Part shown: positions 51,048 to 61,513 of the stretch, piece by piece
Position numbering within the stretch: the stretch's first letter is position 1
How the letters are laid out: each line of letters starts with the position of its first letter
NCBI GenBank assembly: GCA_019057795.1
Contig: JAHLWS010000049.1
Location: forward strand, 32,001-96,000
Source: Promethearchaeota archaeon
Lineage (GTDB): Archaea; Asgardarchaeota; Lokiarchaeia; Sigyniarchaeales; SOKP01
DNA: 64,000 nucleotides
Direction of reading: 5' to 3'
Notes under the pieces: generated by a model
Told to the model about the DNA's origin: nothing
Database searches by the model: none
What the model saw: only the letters and a program-made list of their open reading frames with translations
Program-made: the position numbers and the translations under genes

Positions 51048-52238
51048 TTAAGCACTGTTGATTAATTTGCCTTTTTCCATAATAAGTTTTTTTGTGCCAT
51101 CTTTATATTCAACTGTAATATTAGCTTGTGGAGCTGTAACAAAATCCCAGTGCATTTGAGAAACCGAGGTCCCTCCCATCATTTTATTCCCCCCAAAAGC
51201 AACATGTACGCTTCCATTTATTTTTTCATCTGTAAGAATGTACCCGATCGCCTTTGTTATTGTCGGATTGCAGCCGATCCCGAGTTCTGCAACATTGTAT
51301 GTGCGTAATTCAGCTAAATTCTTTTCCTTATCTATTTTTTCACTTTGTTTAAATGTAGCGATTAACTCATCCAAGTTCTCATCAGCAGTAACTTTATCGA
51401 TTAATAGTCTTCCATTCTTAAAAATTAGTTCGATATTTCTTATGATTTTATTACTAAACCTATCTTTAGTTAAAGGGCAAAAGATCGTTCCTTCGCCCTG
51501 TTTTTCGTGAGGTGGAAAGAAAACCTCTCCTGCAGGTAAATTCCCTCCCAAATCTCCTTTAGCAATCTGTTCGTCTGATAATAACCCATCATCGAGGACG
51601 ATTACGCGGTCTTCTATCGAAACCCAGAAGTTAGTTCCCAAATCATCAGTAACGTGAACTTTTCTCGCGTTTTTAAAGTTTTTAGATAAGTTTGAAGTGA
51701 TTTGTTGTAGATCTTTCTGAGGAACACTTATTCCACCCACGATAAATTTTTCAAGTAAATCATAACTTATATTATAAAAAGATGCTGCTTTTTGGGAAGG
51801 CCAACCAGCATAGCACCATTTTTTTCCTGGAGCAAACTCTTCTTTAGCTCCATAGAGGACATCTTTAATAGGAGCAAGAGCTTTAGCTCTAGCTAGCATT
51901 TTCTCTCTAGGTACTTCGTTTAAAATCGATGGGTCTTCGTAAGTTTCAATAACGATATAAGCGTCTATGTTTTCGATTAACTTCAAATAATGTTTGGGCG
52001 TAATTGCTAGAATTTCGCTTGAAATTTTTTTATCAAGGAAGAAAGTTTCTGTAAAACGATCGCTTGTGGACGAAATATGAGGAATTCCCCCTTTTCTATA
52101 CACATTTAACGCAATTTCCTCTAATAAATCTTGACTATAAATGCCTCCTTTGATGAAAACACATTCCCCTTTCTTTTTTATGTTAATACTATTAACAATA
52201 TTTTCTGCGCAAAGTTCTACTTTTTCTCTATCGATCAT
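51048..52238 (-). CDS. M29 family aminopeptidase
   Basis: NLPAGEVF, AELGIGCN, DEKINGSVHVAFG, HWDF; start reassigned to MIDREK at 52238. Confidence 0.88.
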   Translation of the reverse strand: MIDREKVELCAENIVNSINIKKKGECVFIKGGIYSQDLLEEIALNVYRKGGIPHISSTSDRFTETFFLDKKISSEILAITPKHYLKLIENIDAYIVIETYEDPSILNEVPREKMLARAKALAPIKDVLYGAKEEFAPGKKWCYAGWPSQKAASFYNISYDLLEKFIVGGISVPQKDLQQITSNLSKNFKNARKVHVTDDLGTNFWVSIEDRVIVLDDGLLSDEQIAKGDLGGNLPAGEVFFPPHEKQGEGTIFCPLTKDRFSNKIIRNIELIFKNGRLLIDKVTADENLDELIATFKQSEKIDKEKNLAELRTYNVAELGIGCNPTITKAIGYILTDEKINGSVHVAFGGNKMMGGTSVSQMHWDFVTAPQANITVEYKDGTKKLIMEKGKLINSA

Positions 52239-52426
52239 ATTTGAATTAATTTTACATATATTATTAATTTTCAATTTTACACTATGTCTAATAGTAAAGC
52301 ATATAATGAGAAACTGAAAAAATAAGTTTACAATGAATTTATTATTCATAATTGTTATATTTAAAATATCGGAACAACGAATTGTTAATAAGGTCAGAGA
52401 ATAATACACATAAAATAATAAAAATA

Positions 52427-52891
52427 ATGGTTATACGGGAAGCAGGCTTGTTATTTCGTGGATTTACATTGGTGAAAAAAAGTTATCACAAAACTACTTT
52501 AGGAAAAATCGATGCCGATCTAAGAAGTGGCTTGCTTACAGCACTCTTGAATTTTGCAGAGATTGCATTTGCTACAGGTGCTGTAGAATATTTTGAAGGA
52601 AATAAATTTACTTTAGCTTTTTTTAACGAAAAAATTTTAGCAGAAGATAGTATCGAGCCCGAGCTTTTAGTTTCGTATGCAATTATTGATAAACAGAAAA
52701 AAATAGATAAATATGTTTACAAAATCGTCCACCCTCTATTGATTAAAGTTGCTAATGAATTCAAAGCTCAAAACGAGGGAAAAAATTTATCAGAAATCTC
52801 TCAATTTAAGATCTTTAAGAAGAATCTTGATGAAATTTTTGGATCTAATACGAAAAATATTGATCAAAAACTAAAAGGATTATTTTATTAA
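52427..52891 (+). CDS. longin/roadblock-like domain protein
   Basis: DADLRSGLLTALLNFAE helix pattern; start reassigned to ATG 52427. Confidence 0.6.
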   Translation: MVIREAGLLFRGFTLVKKSYHKTTLGKIDADLRSGLLTALLNFAEIAFATGAVEYFEGNKFTLAFFNEKILAEDSIEPELLVSYAIIDKQKKIDKYVYKIVHPLLIKVANEFKAQNEGKNLSEISQFKIFKKNLDEIFGSNTKNIDQKLKGLFY

Positions 52892-52924
52892 AAAGTATAA
52901 TAATTCAAGTAATATTTTAAGATG

Positions 52925-53875
52925 TTAACTATTTTTCTTTGATTTTTTTAAAAACCATAATATTAATGGTAATGCAATCGTTGCATCTGAGATAACCGTT
53001 GAAAACTTCGCTTCTTGACTTACTTTTCCCCAAGATATTGCTTCTTGAAAAGTTGCTCCACTAAGACCGCCTTGTTCTGGGCGATCCATTGTTATTTGAA
53101 TTGCGTACTTCGCGGAATTAGGACAAAATTGCAATGATTGCAAAATAAAATTCTTAGGAACACCTCCACCAATAATACAAACGCCCGCTTGTTTAGCATC
53201 CCAAGCTAGATCAACCATCTTTAACATGTCTTTAAAGTGGTTAAGATTTAAATTTTGGTGATGAAATCCTAACTGTAAAGCCAAACCTGAATCCGTAAAA
53301 GCGGGACAAAATATTGGGACATTTTTTTTTGCACAGATTTTTAAAATAGAATTTTCATTATCAGGTAATTGGTCTCCAAGGAGCTTTAAAAAAGAACTAA
53401 CAGGCATATTTTCGTCAGGAATATCTAAATTTGATACGTAATCTTCAATACCTTCATAAACCTTATTCGGTAAATATACATCGTAGATTCTGTTTAAATC
53501 TTGTTTATGTAATTCATAATCATCAATCTTTACTTCCCCTTGTAAATGATGATATCCTAATGTTTCGGCAATATCATGAGTTAAAGAAGCGCCAGTAGTA
53601 ACAAGAATGTCAATAAAGCCTTCTTCAACGAAGTCGTGAATAACTCTTTGCATTCCTGCAGGAACTAAAGCCCCTGCAAGACCAAAAAATTTAATACATT
53701 TTTTATCCTCAATCATCTCCTTGTAAATTTCACAAGCTAAAGCTAAACGCTTAGCGTTAAATCCTGTATCTTTTAATGACTGAATAAGATCGACAATATC
53801 ATCATTCTCATCGATTTTGAATTGATTTACATTTTTCAACTTCTTTTTTATATTTTCATTTGGCATAATCATCAA
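52925..53875 (-). CDS. dys: deoxyhypusine synthase
   Basis: VTTGASLTHD, NRIYD, PAFTDS, GGGVPKN, GGLSGA..EAISWGK, DATI. Confidence 0.93.
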   Translation of the reverse strand: MMIMPNENIKKKLKNVNQFKIDENDDIVDLIQSLKDTGFNAKRLALACEIYKEMIEDKKCIKFFGLAGALVPAGMQRVIHDFVEEGFIDILVTTGASLTHDIAETLGYHHLQGEVKIDDYELHKQDLNRIYDVYLPNKVYEGIEDYVSNLDIPDENMPVSSFLKLLGDQLPDNENSILKICAKKNVPIFCPAFTDSGLALQLGFHHQNLNLNHFKDMLKMVDLAWDAKQAGVCIIGGGVPKNFILQSLQFCPNSAKYAIQITMDRPEQGGLSGATFQEAISWGKVSQEAKFSTVISDATIALPLILWFLKKSKKNS

Positions 53876-54779
53876 TTTTATGTTTGTTATGAATAAAAGA
53901 AATTAATTCTATTATTAACTTAGCCGCTAAATTAGCTGTCACATTATTTAACAAATCTAAATTTGGACAAACTTCAACTAAATCAAAGGCAATAACATCA
54001 AAGTTTTTAGCCAATTTTCTTAATATTTTCCATAGTTCTCGATAAGTAAAGCCTCCAGGAATAGCATACCCTGTTCCCGGTGCTATAGAAGGGTCTAACA
54101 CATCGATATCAATCGAAATATATATCTGTTTTATATGGGAATTTTCAAAAAAATCAATAATATTATCCGTAAATTTGTCAATACCGAAATCATGGAGTAG
54201 GTAAGCGTTAAAATGAACAAGATCTTCCTTTTTTGCAAAATCTAATTCAGGGATATCTATATCCCTCGTTCCAACAATAAGCATATTATATTTATTAATA
54301 AAAGTTAATTCGTATAAACGACGGGAGATTGTAGCGTGAGAGTACAACCTTTTATCCCATTCTTTATATAAATCGAGGTGAGCGTCAAAAATTAAAACGC
54401 CAAATTCATTCTTATTTTCAAAAGAATCTGCCAAAGCTTTTACAACAGGAAAGGTGCAAAAATGGTCACCGCCTATCATTATTGGAACGACATCCTTTTT
54501 TTGACGGAAAATCAAACCTATAAATTTTTTAATTTCCTCAAGACTTTTATTAACATTAGTAGGTTCAATCGATACATTTCCTATATCAACAACTTTTAAC
54601 TTAGGTATTTCAACGCCCATTTCGGTTGTTAATGCTAAATTTGATGTAATTTCTCGAATTTTTTGAGGGGCAATGGCAGAATTAGCAGCCTTAAGAGAAG
54701 TTAAGTAGTTCCAGGGGATTCCAAAAATTACGAATCTAGTATCATTATCAATAGTCTCACCAAAATCATAAAAAGCCAT
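53856..54779 (-). CDS. speB: agmatinase (ureohydrolase family)
   Basis: GGDH, FDAHLDL, SHAT, SIDIDVLDPSIAPGTG. Confidence 0.85.
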   Translation of the reverse strand: MAFYDFGETIDNDTRFVIFGIPWNYLTSLKAANSAIAPQKIREITSNLALTTEMGVEIPKLKVVDIGNVSIEPTNVNKSLEEIKKFIGLIFRQKKDVVPIMIGGDHFCTFPVVKALADSFENKNEFGVLIFDAHLDLYKEWDKRLYSHATISRRLYELTFINKYNMLIVGTRDIDIPELDFAKKEDLVHFNAYLLHDFGIDKFTDNIIDFFENSHIKQIYISIDIDVLDPSIAPGTGYAIPGGFTYRELWKILRKLAKNFDVIAFDLVEVCPNLDLLNNVTANLAAKLIIELISFIHNKHKIDDYAK

Positions 54780-54805
54780 GATCCAATCCTTCTCGTCTTA
54801 GTTTG

Positions 54806-56527
54806 TTACATTTGATTTAACGTATCTATTCCCAATATATCTAATCCAATTTTGATGACGATTTGAACACATCTAATTAATAGTAACCTCGTTTTTTCTA
54901 AATCTTTATTATCAGATAAAACTTGGCAAGAAGTATAAAAAGAATTAAACGCTTGACATAAAGTTAAAAGGTATTGTGGGATTAAATGAATGTTATAATT
55001 TCTTGTTATGGAACCTAACATCTCTGGAAAATAAATTAATTGTTTAACTAAGGAGATTTCTTTTTCGTGTTTTATTAAGTCCCATTTTACATTTAAGTCA
55101 ATTGATTCTTTTGATTTCGTAATTATCGATTCAATTCTTGCGTAACAGTATTGAATGTAAGGTCCTGTTTCACCTTCAAACGAAATGCTTTGTTTAGGAT
55201 TAAAAATAAAATCCGATTTAGGGTTAAATTTCAAAATGAAAAAGGATAGCGCCGCCATACCAATAGATTTAGCTCTTTCTTTTTTTTTCTCTTCTGTAAG
55301 CTCTGGATATCTTTTATTTATCTCTTCATAAGCCAGTAATTGAATTTTAGCAATTATTTCATCCGCATCGACTACTGTTCCTTCCCGGCTTTTCATTTTT
55401 CCTTCTGGTAAATAAATCATTCCATACGACAAGTGAAATTTATCTTCCTTAAATCCGATCATATCCAAAACAGCAAATAACTGTTTAAAATATAAATCCT
55501 GTTCATTTCCCACTACATAAATGGATTTGTCGTAATTGAAATCTTCTTTTTTTTGGAAGGCTAAGTAAATATCTTGGGTAATGTACAAAGATGTCCCATC
55601 ATTTCTCAACAAGATTTTATCTGGCAAATTAAACTTTTTTTTTAGGTTAGCTATAATCGCTCCGTTTTCAGTTTTACTGAAAATGTCTTTATCTAAGCAT
55701 TTAAGGACTATATCTTTACCCTTCCAATAAATATCCGATTCAAAATACTCTTTATCAAACGATATATTTAATTTTTTGTAAGTTTCCTTAAAACCCTTAA
55801 TTGCCCAACTATTCATTTTTTTCCATAATGCTCTGACCTCAAGATCATTTTCTTCCCATAACCTAAGCAGGTTGTAGACTTCTTCTATTAACTTATCGTC
55901 TTCTTTTTCCATTTGATTATATTTAACGTAAAATTCTCCTACGAAGTGATCGGATTTTATGTTTGGCTCTTTTTTATTCCCCCACTTTTTGTAAGCGAAC
56001 ATAGATTTGCATATGTGGATTCCTCTATCATTATTTAGATTCACCTCGAAAACAAGTTCTCCTTTATATTTCAAAAGGTTTGAGAGAGAACGGCTTATTA
56101 ACATATTACGGATGTGTCCTAAGTGAAGTGGTTTATTTGTATTTGGTGCGGGGTATTCTATTACGATTCTCAACGGATCTGATTTACCTTTGCCCAATTT
56201 TTCATAGATTCTTCCGTAATCTTCTTGAAGTTTAAAAATTCCCTGTAAAACTACCTGTGGTCTTACTTTAAAATTTAAATAAGGTCCAGTCGCTTCTATG
56301 ATTTCTAAATAATCAGCTAATTTTATTCTCTTTTTTAACTCCTTTGCTATGATGTTGGGCGCTTTTTTTTCAAATTTTGCCAGCTGAAAACAAGGAAATG
56401 CATAGGAAAAATCAAAATCTGGAGGAGGTATCTCAATTAAATTCTCAATTTCAGTTATTGAAAGATTTGTAATATATTTAGCTAAAAATTCCGCAATTGT
56501 TTTTTTATCGACGATAATCATTTTCAA
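54806..56527 (-). CDS. argS: arginyl-tRNA synthetase
   Basis: PNTNKPLHLGHIRN, GKMKSREG, FEGETGPYIQY..AR, C-terminal Met. Confidence 0.96.
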   Translation of the reverse strand: MKMIIVDKKTIAEFLAKYITNLSITEIENLIEIPPPDFDFSYAFPCFQLAKFEKKAPNIIAKELKKRIKLADYLEIIEATGPYLNFKVRPQVVLQGIFKLQEDYGRIYEKLGKGKSDPLRIVIEYPAPNTNKPLHLGHIRNMLISRSLSNLLKYKGELVFEVNLNNDRGIHICKSMFAYKKWGNKKEPNIKSDHFVGEFYVKYNQMEKEDDKLIEEVYNLLRLWEENDLEVRALWKKMNSWAIKGFKETYKKLNISFDKEYFESDIYWKGKDIVLKCLDKDIFSKTENGAIIANLKKKFNLPDKILLRNDGTSLYITQDIYLAFQKKEDFNYDKSIYVVGNEQDLYFKQLFAVLDMIGFKEDKFHLSYGMIYLPEGKMKSREGTVVDADEIIAKIQLLAYEEINKRYPELTEEKKKERAKSIGMAALSFFILKFNPKSDFIFNPKQSISFEGETGPYIQYCYARIESIITKSKESIDLNVKWDLIKHEKEISLVKQLIYFPEMLGSITRNYNIHLIPQYLLTLCQAFNSFYTSCQVLSDNKDLEKTRLLLIRCVQIVIKIGLDILGIDTLNQM

Positions 56528-56628
56528 TTACGTTAGAATCTCATATATTTTAATTATTTACTATTTATTTATTTATTATTAGCTCATAAAATTTTTGATA
56601 TTCTAATAATAGAAAAGTTGATTCATGT

Positions 56629-57834
56629 ATGTCATTTGAACAAGATGCTAAGAGAAATTTTCCTAAATGGCCGATATATGACGACAAAGAGATAAACGCC
56701 TTAAAGAATGTAATAAAATCTGGCGATTGGTGGTGTGGTGCTCCAGGTACCCACCAAGGTGAGAATGTTTGGGCGTTTCAAGTAGAATTTGCTAGATTTC
56801 AAGAAGCAAAGTATTGTGTAGCAGTATGTAATGGAACGGTAGCCATAGAAGCGGCACTAATGGGATTTAAAATTGGTTTAGGTGATGAAGTTATTGTTTC
56901 AGATTACACCTTTGTTGCATCAGCATCAGCAGTAATAGCTACAAACGCAGTTCCAGTATTCTGTGATATAGATCCAGAAACCCTTGTTATGGACGTGAAT
57001 AAAGTCGAGAGTCTCATCACTCAAAGAACTAAAGCAATTATAACCGTTCATTTAGGTGGTAATCCCGTCGAAATGGATAAATTAACGGAAATATCTTCAA
57101 AAAACAACCTATATGTTATTGAAGATTGCGCACACGCACACGGTTCTAGATTTAAAGGAAAAAGACTAGGTAACTGGGGAGACGCAGGAGCATTTAGTTT
57201 CCAAGCTTCGAAAGTTTTAACAAGTGGTGAAGGTGGGGCAATAATCTCTAATTCCAAGGAATTAGCAGATAATATTTATTCTTACACTGATTGTGGTAGG
57301 AAAAAGAACGCTTACTTCTACAAACATTTTAGTTATGGTACAAATTATAGGATGACTGAATATCAGGCAGCGGTGCTTAGAACCCAGTTAGAAAAATTTC
57401 CCTCTCAACATAAACTAAGAAACGAGAATGCTAATTACTTAATGAATAAGTTAAATGAGATTGATGGGATTAAAACTATGAAATTAACCCCTGGTACAAC
57501 AGAACTTGGGTGGTATGTTTTTCCAATAGTATTTGAACCAGAAAAATTTAGTGGTCTTAACAAGGTGGAATTTTATAAAAAGTTGAATAGAAATGGCATA
57601 CCTACTGATAATTGTTACCCACCATTACATAGCTTAGATTGTTTTAAAAAAGTAAATTTAAAAAAAGGAATTGACTATTCTAAAGCTAATTGGGGTGGAG
57701 AGAAAAGCGATGATAAAAATTTCCCCGTTGTTTCAAGTATTTATTCAAGAAGCATAGAATTTCCACAAGAAATGTTATTAGCTTCCAAAGAAAAGTTAGA
57801 TGGCGTAGTAGAATTTATAAAATCTTTAAAGTGA
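56629..57834 (+). CDS. DegT/DnrJ/EryC1/StrS PLP aminotransferase
   Basis: CNGTVA, IEDCAHAHG, FSFQASKVLTSGEGG, GTNYRM. Confidence 0.93.
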   Translation: MSFEQDAKRNFPKWPIYDDKEINALKNVIKSGDWWCGAPGTHQGENVWAFQVEFARFQEAKYCVAVCNGTVAIEAALMGFKIGLGDEVIVSDYTFVASASAVIATNAVPVFCDIDPETLVMDVNKVESLITQRTKAIITVHLGGNPVEMDKLTEISSKNNLYVIEDCAHAHGSRFKGKRLGNWGDAGAFSFQASKVLTSGEGGAIISNSKELADNIYSYTDCGRKKNAYFYKHFSYGTNYRMTEYQAAVLRTQLEKFPSQHKLRNENANYLMNKLNEIDGIKTMKLTPGTTELGWYVFPIVFEPEKFSGLNKVEFYKKLNRNGIPTDNCYPPLHSLDCFKKVNLKKGIDYSKANWGGEKSDDKNFPVVSSIYSRSIEFPQEMLLASKEKLDGVVEFIKSLK

Positions 57835-57853
57835 AGATGATAGAGTATTAAAC

Positions 57854-58897
57854 TTAACCAACTTCTTCTATTTTCCTAGACTTTGCACTTTTATACATTG
57901 TTTCGACAATTTTTAGAATTTTATAACCGTAATTGCCATCAGTCAGCGGTTTTTTATTATTTAACATGCAATCGATAAAATGCGCTATTTCTTGAGGGTA
58001 ACCAAAAGACCAAGCTTCAGCAGGAACGGGAAACGTCCAACCCTTTGTAGTTCCAGCTTTTTCTACAGCATACCCAAACCCTTTTTCGCTATAAACGCTC
58101 ATTAAATTAGAAAATGTTGGAGCAACTTTAACTTGTCCTTTAGTACCAAATAATTCAAATCTCATGTCGTAACCTCCTGGCGCGGTCCATGACTCTTCAA
58201 TTACTACTTGGGCGTCGTTTTCAAAGTATAGAACTCCTACAACGTTATCTTCGACTTCACACTTACCAAATTTACCCCGATCTGGTTGTATCGTTTTTAC
58301 TTGACAGTATACTTCTTTAACATCGCATCCAAGATACCAAACTAAACAAGCAATATCGTGTATTCCTAAATCTAATAAAGCACCGCCTCCTGAATCCTTT
58401 AACTTATAAAACCATGCAGAATGAGGTCCAGAATGTTGTTCTTTTCCACGACCCATGTAAATCTTTCCTAAAGCACCCTCCTCGACAATCTCTTTAACTT
58501 TACTAAATGAGGGGGCGTACATGTTATTTTCACAATAAAAGATTTTCCTGTTTGAAGATTTCTCGACATCTAACATCTTTTTTCCTTCATTGGTGTTTCT
58601 AGCTAAAGGTTTCTCTATAAGCGCGTGCTTTCCAGAATTTAAAATGTCAATGGCTATATCTTTATGTAAGTAGTTTGGTACACAAGCAGAAATTGCATCA
58701 CAATCGAGTTTCAATAAATTTTTGTAGTTTTTATGTGGATTACCAAGGATTCCATACCTATTCATAAGACTTTTGGCTTCATCTTCATTTATAGAAGAGA
58801 TTCCCACAATTTCTACATTTGGGAGCAATGAATAAGAATGACAATGATGTTCGGCAATAAAACCAGACCCAATGATTCCTACTTTAATTTTATCCAT
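57854..58897 (-). CDS. Gfo/Idh/MocA oxidoreductase
   Basis: GIIGSGFIA, VPNYLH, IEKPL, GGGALLDLGIH. Confidence 0.92.
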   Translation of the reverse strand: MDKIKVGIIGSGFIAEHHCHSYSLLPNVEIVGISSINEDEAKSLMNRYGILGNPHKNYKNLLKLDCDAISACVPNYLHKDIAIDILNSGKHALIEKPLARNTNEGKKMLDVEKSSNRKIFYCENNMYAPSFSKVKEIVEEGALGKIYMGRGKEQHSGPHSAWFYKLKDSGGGALLDLGIHDIACLVWYLGCDVKEVYCQVKTIQPDRGKFGKCEVEDNVVGVLYFENDAQVVIEESWTAPGGYDMRFELFGTKGQVKVAPTFSNLMSVYSEKGFGYAVEKAGTTKGWTFPVPAEAWSFGYPQEIAHFIDCMLNNKKPLTDGNYGYKILKIVETMYKSAKSRKIEEVG

Positions 58898-58967
58898 AAT
58901 TATACCATCTTGATAATTTAATCTTGATTTAATTTAACTTGTTCAAATTTAAAATTATAACTGTTTG

Positions 58968-60077
58968 TTATTCCCAAAATTCTAATGCTGAGTAGTATTT
59001 CTTAATTCCGGAAAAAGGACATGCCGCGATGCAATTTCCGCAATCTGAAGAGTTTTCGATCCAAAATTCAAAACATTTTTCCACATTTACGTAATATTTT
59101 TTAACACCTGAATTGTTTGAAATGTTTGGTGGTTCAAAACTAGGCCCTTTGTCCATTGTTATGGCATTGGTTTCACAAGCTTCAGCGCATTTATAGCAAT
59201 TTTTGCAAAATTTATCAACTTTTTTAATAAATTTTAGATTAGGTTCATCCGATATTAATGGAAGGTCTGTAAAAACTTTACAAATCCGCATTCTTGGTCC
59301 ATATTCGGGCGTAATTAATAATCCATTTCTACCTAAAGCTCCAAGCCCAGCATCGACTGCCAGTGGTATACTCAGTGCTGTATCATTACCACATTGGATT
59401 GCTCGATAACCTAAATTTCTAATAAATTCCCCGAGACACGAAATTACAAAAGCCATTTGTGAGTAAGCTATAGCAGATGCTGCGGCTGCGGGTTGAGCAG
59501 GAGAGGTAGAAACCGCGTTTTTATCCATTTCAATCCCCATGACAATAACTTTGTTTATACCTTCTGGTAAATTGATAGGGCTTTCTAATATTGAATTTTG
59601 GACATTTCCTTCTCTAATATCTTTTTTTGAGTCTGACTCGCTAGTTAATGGAGGTCGTATGAAACCTGTTTTATAAATCCATTTCTCATTAACATTAGCA
59701 ATTCCTACTAATGAAGCACCAAAAAATTTTGCAGCTTTTTTTACTTGCTGAGTAAAGTTTATAGGATTCTCTATTTTATATTTCGATTGCATCCAATTTT
59801 CTCCGTAATCTCCTCCTTCTGCTTTTTCTCGTTCCCAAGCAAAAGCAAAAGGAAACTTTTCGTATACTGTCCATCCAGCTGCAACTAACGCAAAATCAAT
59901 CCGAGAATATCCTTCCTTCTTTGAATTAATATGATGTTGTAAATTCTCATCAAACATTTTTCCGTAGGTTGTTAGTGTTTTGTCCCAAGTACGCCGGTAA
60001 AGTATATTATATTTTTCTTCAAATCTACGGTAAATGCTTTCTTTAATTTCATAAAAATTTTCTGTTCTTTTTTCCAT
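58968..60077 (-). CDS. reductive dehalogenase-like cobalamin/Fe-S protein
   Basis: VKKAAKFFGASLVGI, FIRNLGYRA, AGLGALGRNG.LITPEYGPR.R, FCKNCYKCAEAC, CGNCIAACPF. Confidence 0.82.
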   Translation of the reverse strand: MEKRTENFYEIKESIYRRFEEKYNILYRRTWDKTLTTYGKMFDENLQHHINSKKEGYSRIDFALVAAGWTVYEKFPFAFAWEREKAEGGDYGENWMQSKYKIENPINFTQQVKKAAKFFGASLVGIANVNEKWIYKTGFIRPPLTSESDSKKDIREGNVQNSILESPINLPEGINKVIVMGIEMDKNAVSTSPAQPAAAASAIAYSQMAFVISCLGEFIRNLGYRAIQCGNDTALSIPLAVDAGLGALGRNGLLITPEYGPRMRICKVFTDLPLISDEPNLKFIKKVDKFCKNCYKCAEACETNAITMDKGPSFEPPNISNNSGVKKYYVNVEKCFEFWIENSSDCGNCIAACPFSGIKKYYSALEFWE

Positions 60078-60225
60078 TTGAACCCTTTCTCTTCACTTAT
60101 TTTATGCCAAATTCTTTTTTCAATTATTCTCTCTTAAAAAGAAAATAGTCCTTTAAATATTAGTTTAAAGCAAGAAATAAAATTTTTAATATAAATTTAT
60201 AAGTTAAAGTATAATAATTTTCACT

Positions 60226-60519
60226 ATGCCTATATATATACTTGCTACTAAACTTCAAAATCCTGATTTAGTAGAAAAAAGGAAAAAACAGGGTGAAAAA
60301 TATCTAGAACTAGTTAAAGAGAAAGTTCCTAATATTAAATGGATCGCACATTACGCGATCTTAGGTCCTTATGACTTTCTTGATATTTTCGAAGCAAAAA
60401 ATGAACTAGAAGCCGCAAAGGTTTCGCTGCTTTCCCGTGCTGCTGGAGCTACTTTCGCTGAGAGTTGGACAGCCATTCCATACACAGACTTTCTTAAAAT
60501 AGTTGAGGACTTGAAATAA
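60226..60519 (+). CDS. GYD domain protein
   Basis: YAILGPYDFLDIFEA. Confidence 0.85.
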   Translation: MPIYILATKLQNPDLVEKRKKQGEKYLELVKEKVPNIKWIAHYAILGPYDFLDIFEAKNELEAAKVSLLSRAAGATFAESWTAIPYTDFLKIVEDLK

Positions 60520-60537
60520 AATAAAGAGATATAAATT

Positions 60538-60909
60538 ATGAAGCGTTTTATCGTACAACTAGGGTTTGGCATAGATCAGCACGGACACGATGATGATTGC
60601 ACTAATGCTGCTATTAAAGCTGTTAAAAATGCTATTTCAAATAACTGTCTTACGGGATTATTAGAGATTTGTGGCTTAAAAAAACCAAAAGATCTGTTAA
60701 AAATGATTGTACATGTAAAGATTGGAGCACCTTATCCCGATAATGTTAAAAAAGAAAAAGTCTTAAACGCGATTCCGTTTGGTGAAAAATCGATTGAGAT
60801 AGAGAAGGGAGGTTTGGTTGCTAAAGGAATAATGATTAAAGAACTAGGAGATACTTCTGACAAAATAATTGTTTGTAATGCAGCTGTAACTGTATCAATC
60901 ACAGCTTAA
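60538..60909 (+). CDS. Lin0512-family protein
   Basis: LGFGIDQHG.D.T.AA.KAV.NAI, IPFG, AAVTV. Confidence 0.82.
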   Translation: MKRFIVQLGFGIDQHGHDDDCTNAAIKAVKNAISNNCLTGLLEICGLKKPKDLLKMIVHVKIGAPYPDNVKKEKVLNAIPFGEKSIEIEKGGLVAKGIMIKELGDTSDKIIVCNAAVTVSITA

Positions 60910-60940
60910 AATTCATAAAATAAATAAAGTTGATACAATT

Positions 60941-61513
60941 ATGGCGAAAAGATGCGAATGGGCAGAAAATAATGCCCTAATGGAGGAATATCACGATAAA
61001 GAATGGGGTGCCCCTGAACATGATGACAAAATTCTATTTGAACTCTTAATTTTAGAAGGTATGCAAGCCGGTTTAAGTTGGAACACTGTACTTCAAAAAA
61101 GAGATAATTTTAGGAAAGCGTTTGATAATTTTGATTATATCAGAATTTCAAATTATGCAGAACTTAAAATTGAAGAATTAATGCAAAACAAGGGAATTAT
61201 CCGAAATCGATTAAAAATCCAATCAGTAATCTCAAACGCAAAATCATTCATTAAAATACAAGAAGAATTTAGTTCTTTTGATAACTATATATGGGGTTTT
61301 GTTAATAATAAGGTATTTCATAATTCTTGGAAAGCATTAGAAGAATTACCATCCAATACAGAACTTTCTGACAGAATTAGTAAAGATTTGAAGAAAAGAG
61401 GTTTCAAATTTGTAGGGTCAACTATAATTTACTCCTTTTTACAAGCAGTCGGAATTGTAAATGACCATACAATCTATTGTTTTCGGTATAGTGAATTAAA
61501 AAATAAAGCTTAG
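60941..61513 (+). CDS. tag: DNA-3-methyladenine glycosylase I
   Basis: RCEW, YHDKEWG, QAGLSW, IIRNRLKI, NDH..C. Confidence 0.95.
   Translation: MAKRCEWAENNALMEEYHDKEWGAPEHDDKILFELLILEGMQAGLSWNTVLQKRDNFRKAFDNFDYIRISNYAELKIEELMQNKGIIRNRLKIQSVISNAKSFIKIQEEFSSFDNYIWGFVNNKVFHNSWKALEELPSNTELSDRISKDLKKRGFKFVGSTIIYSFLQAVGIVNDHTIYCFRYSELKNKA

Noticed and set aside
52239-52426. Overlapping N-terminal extensions of the aminopeptidase and longin-like ORFs in the track
   Set aside because: AT-rich divergent promoter region; more plausible ATG starts are at 52238 and 52427.
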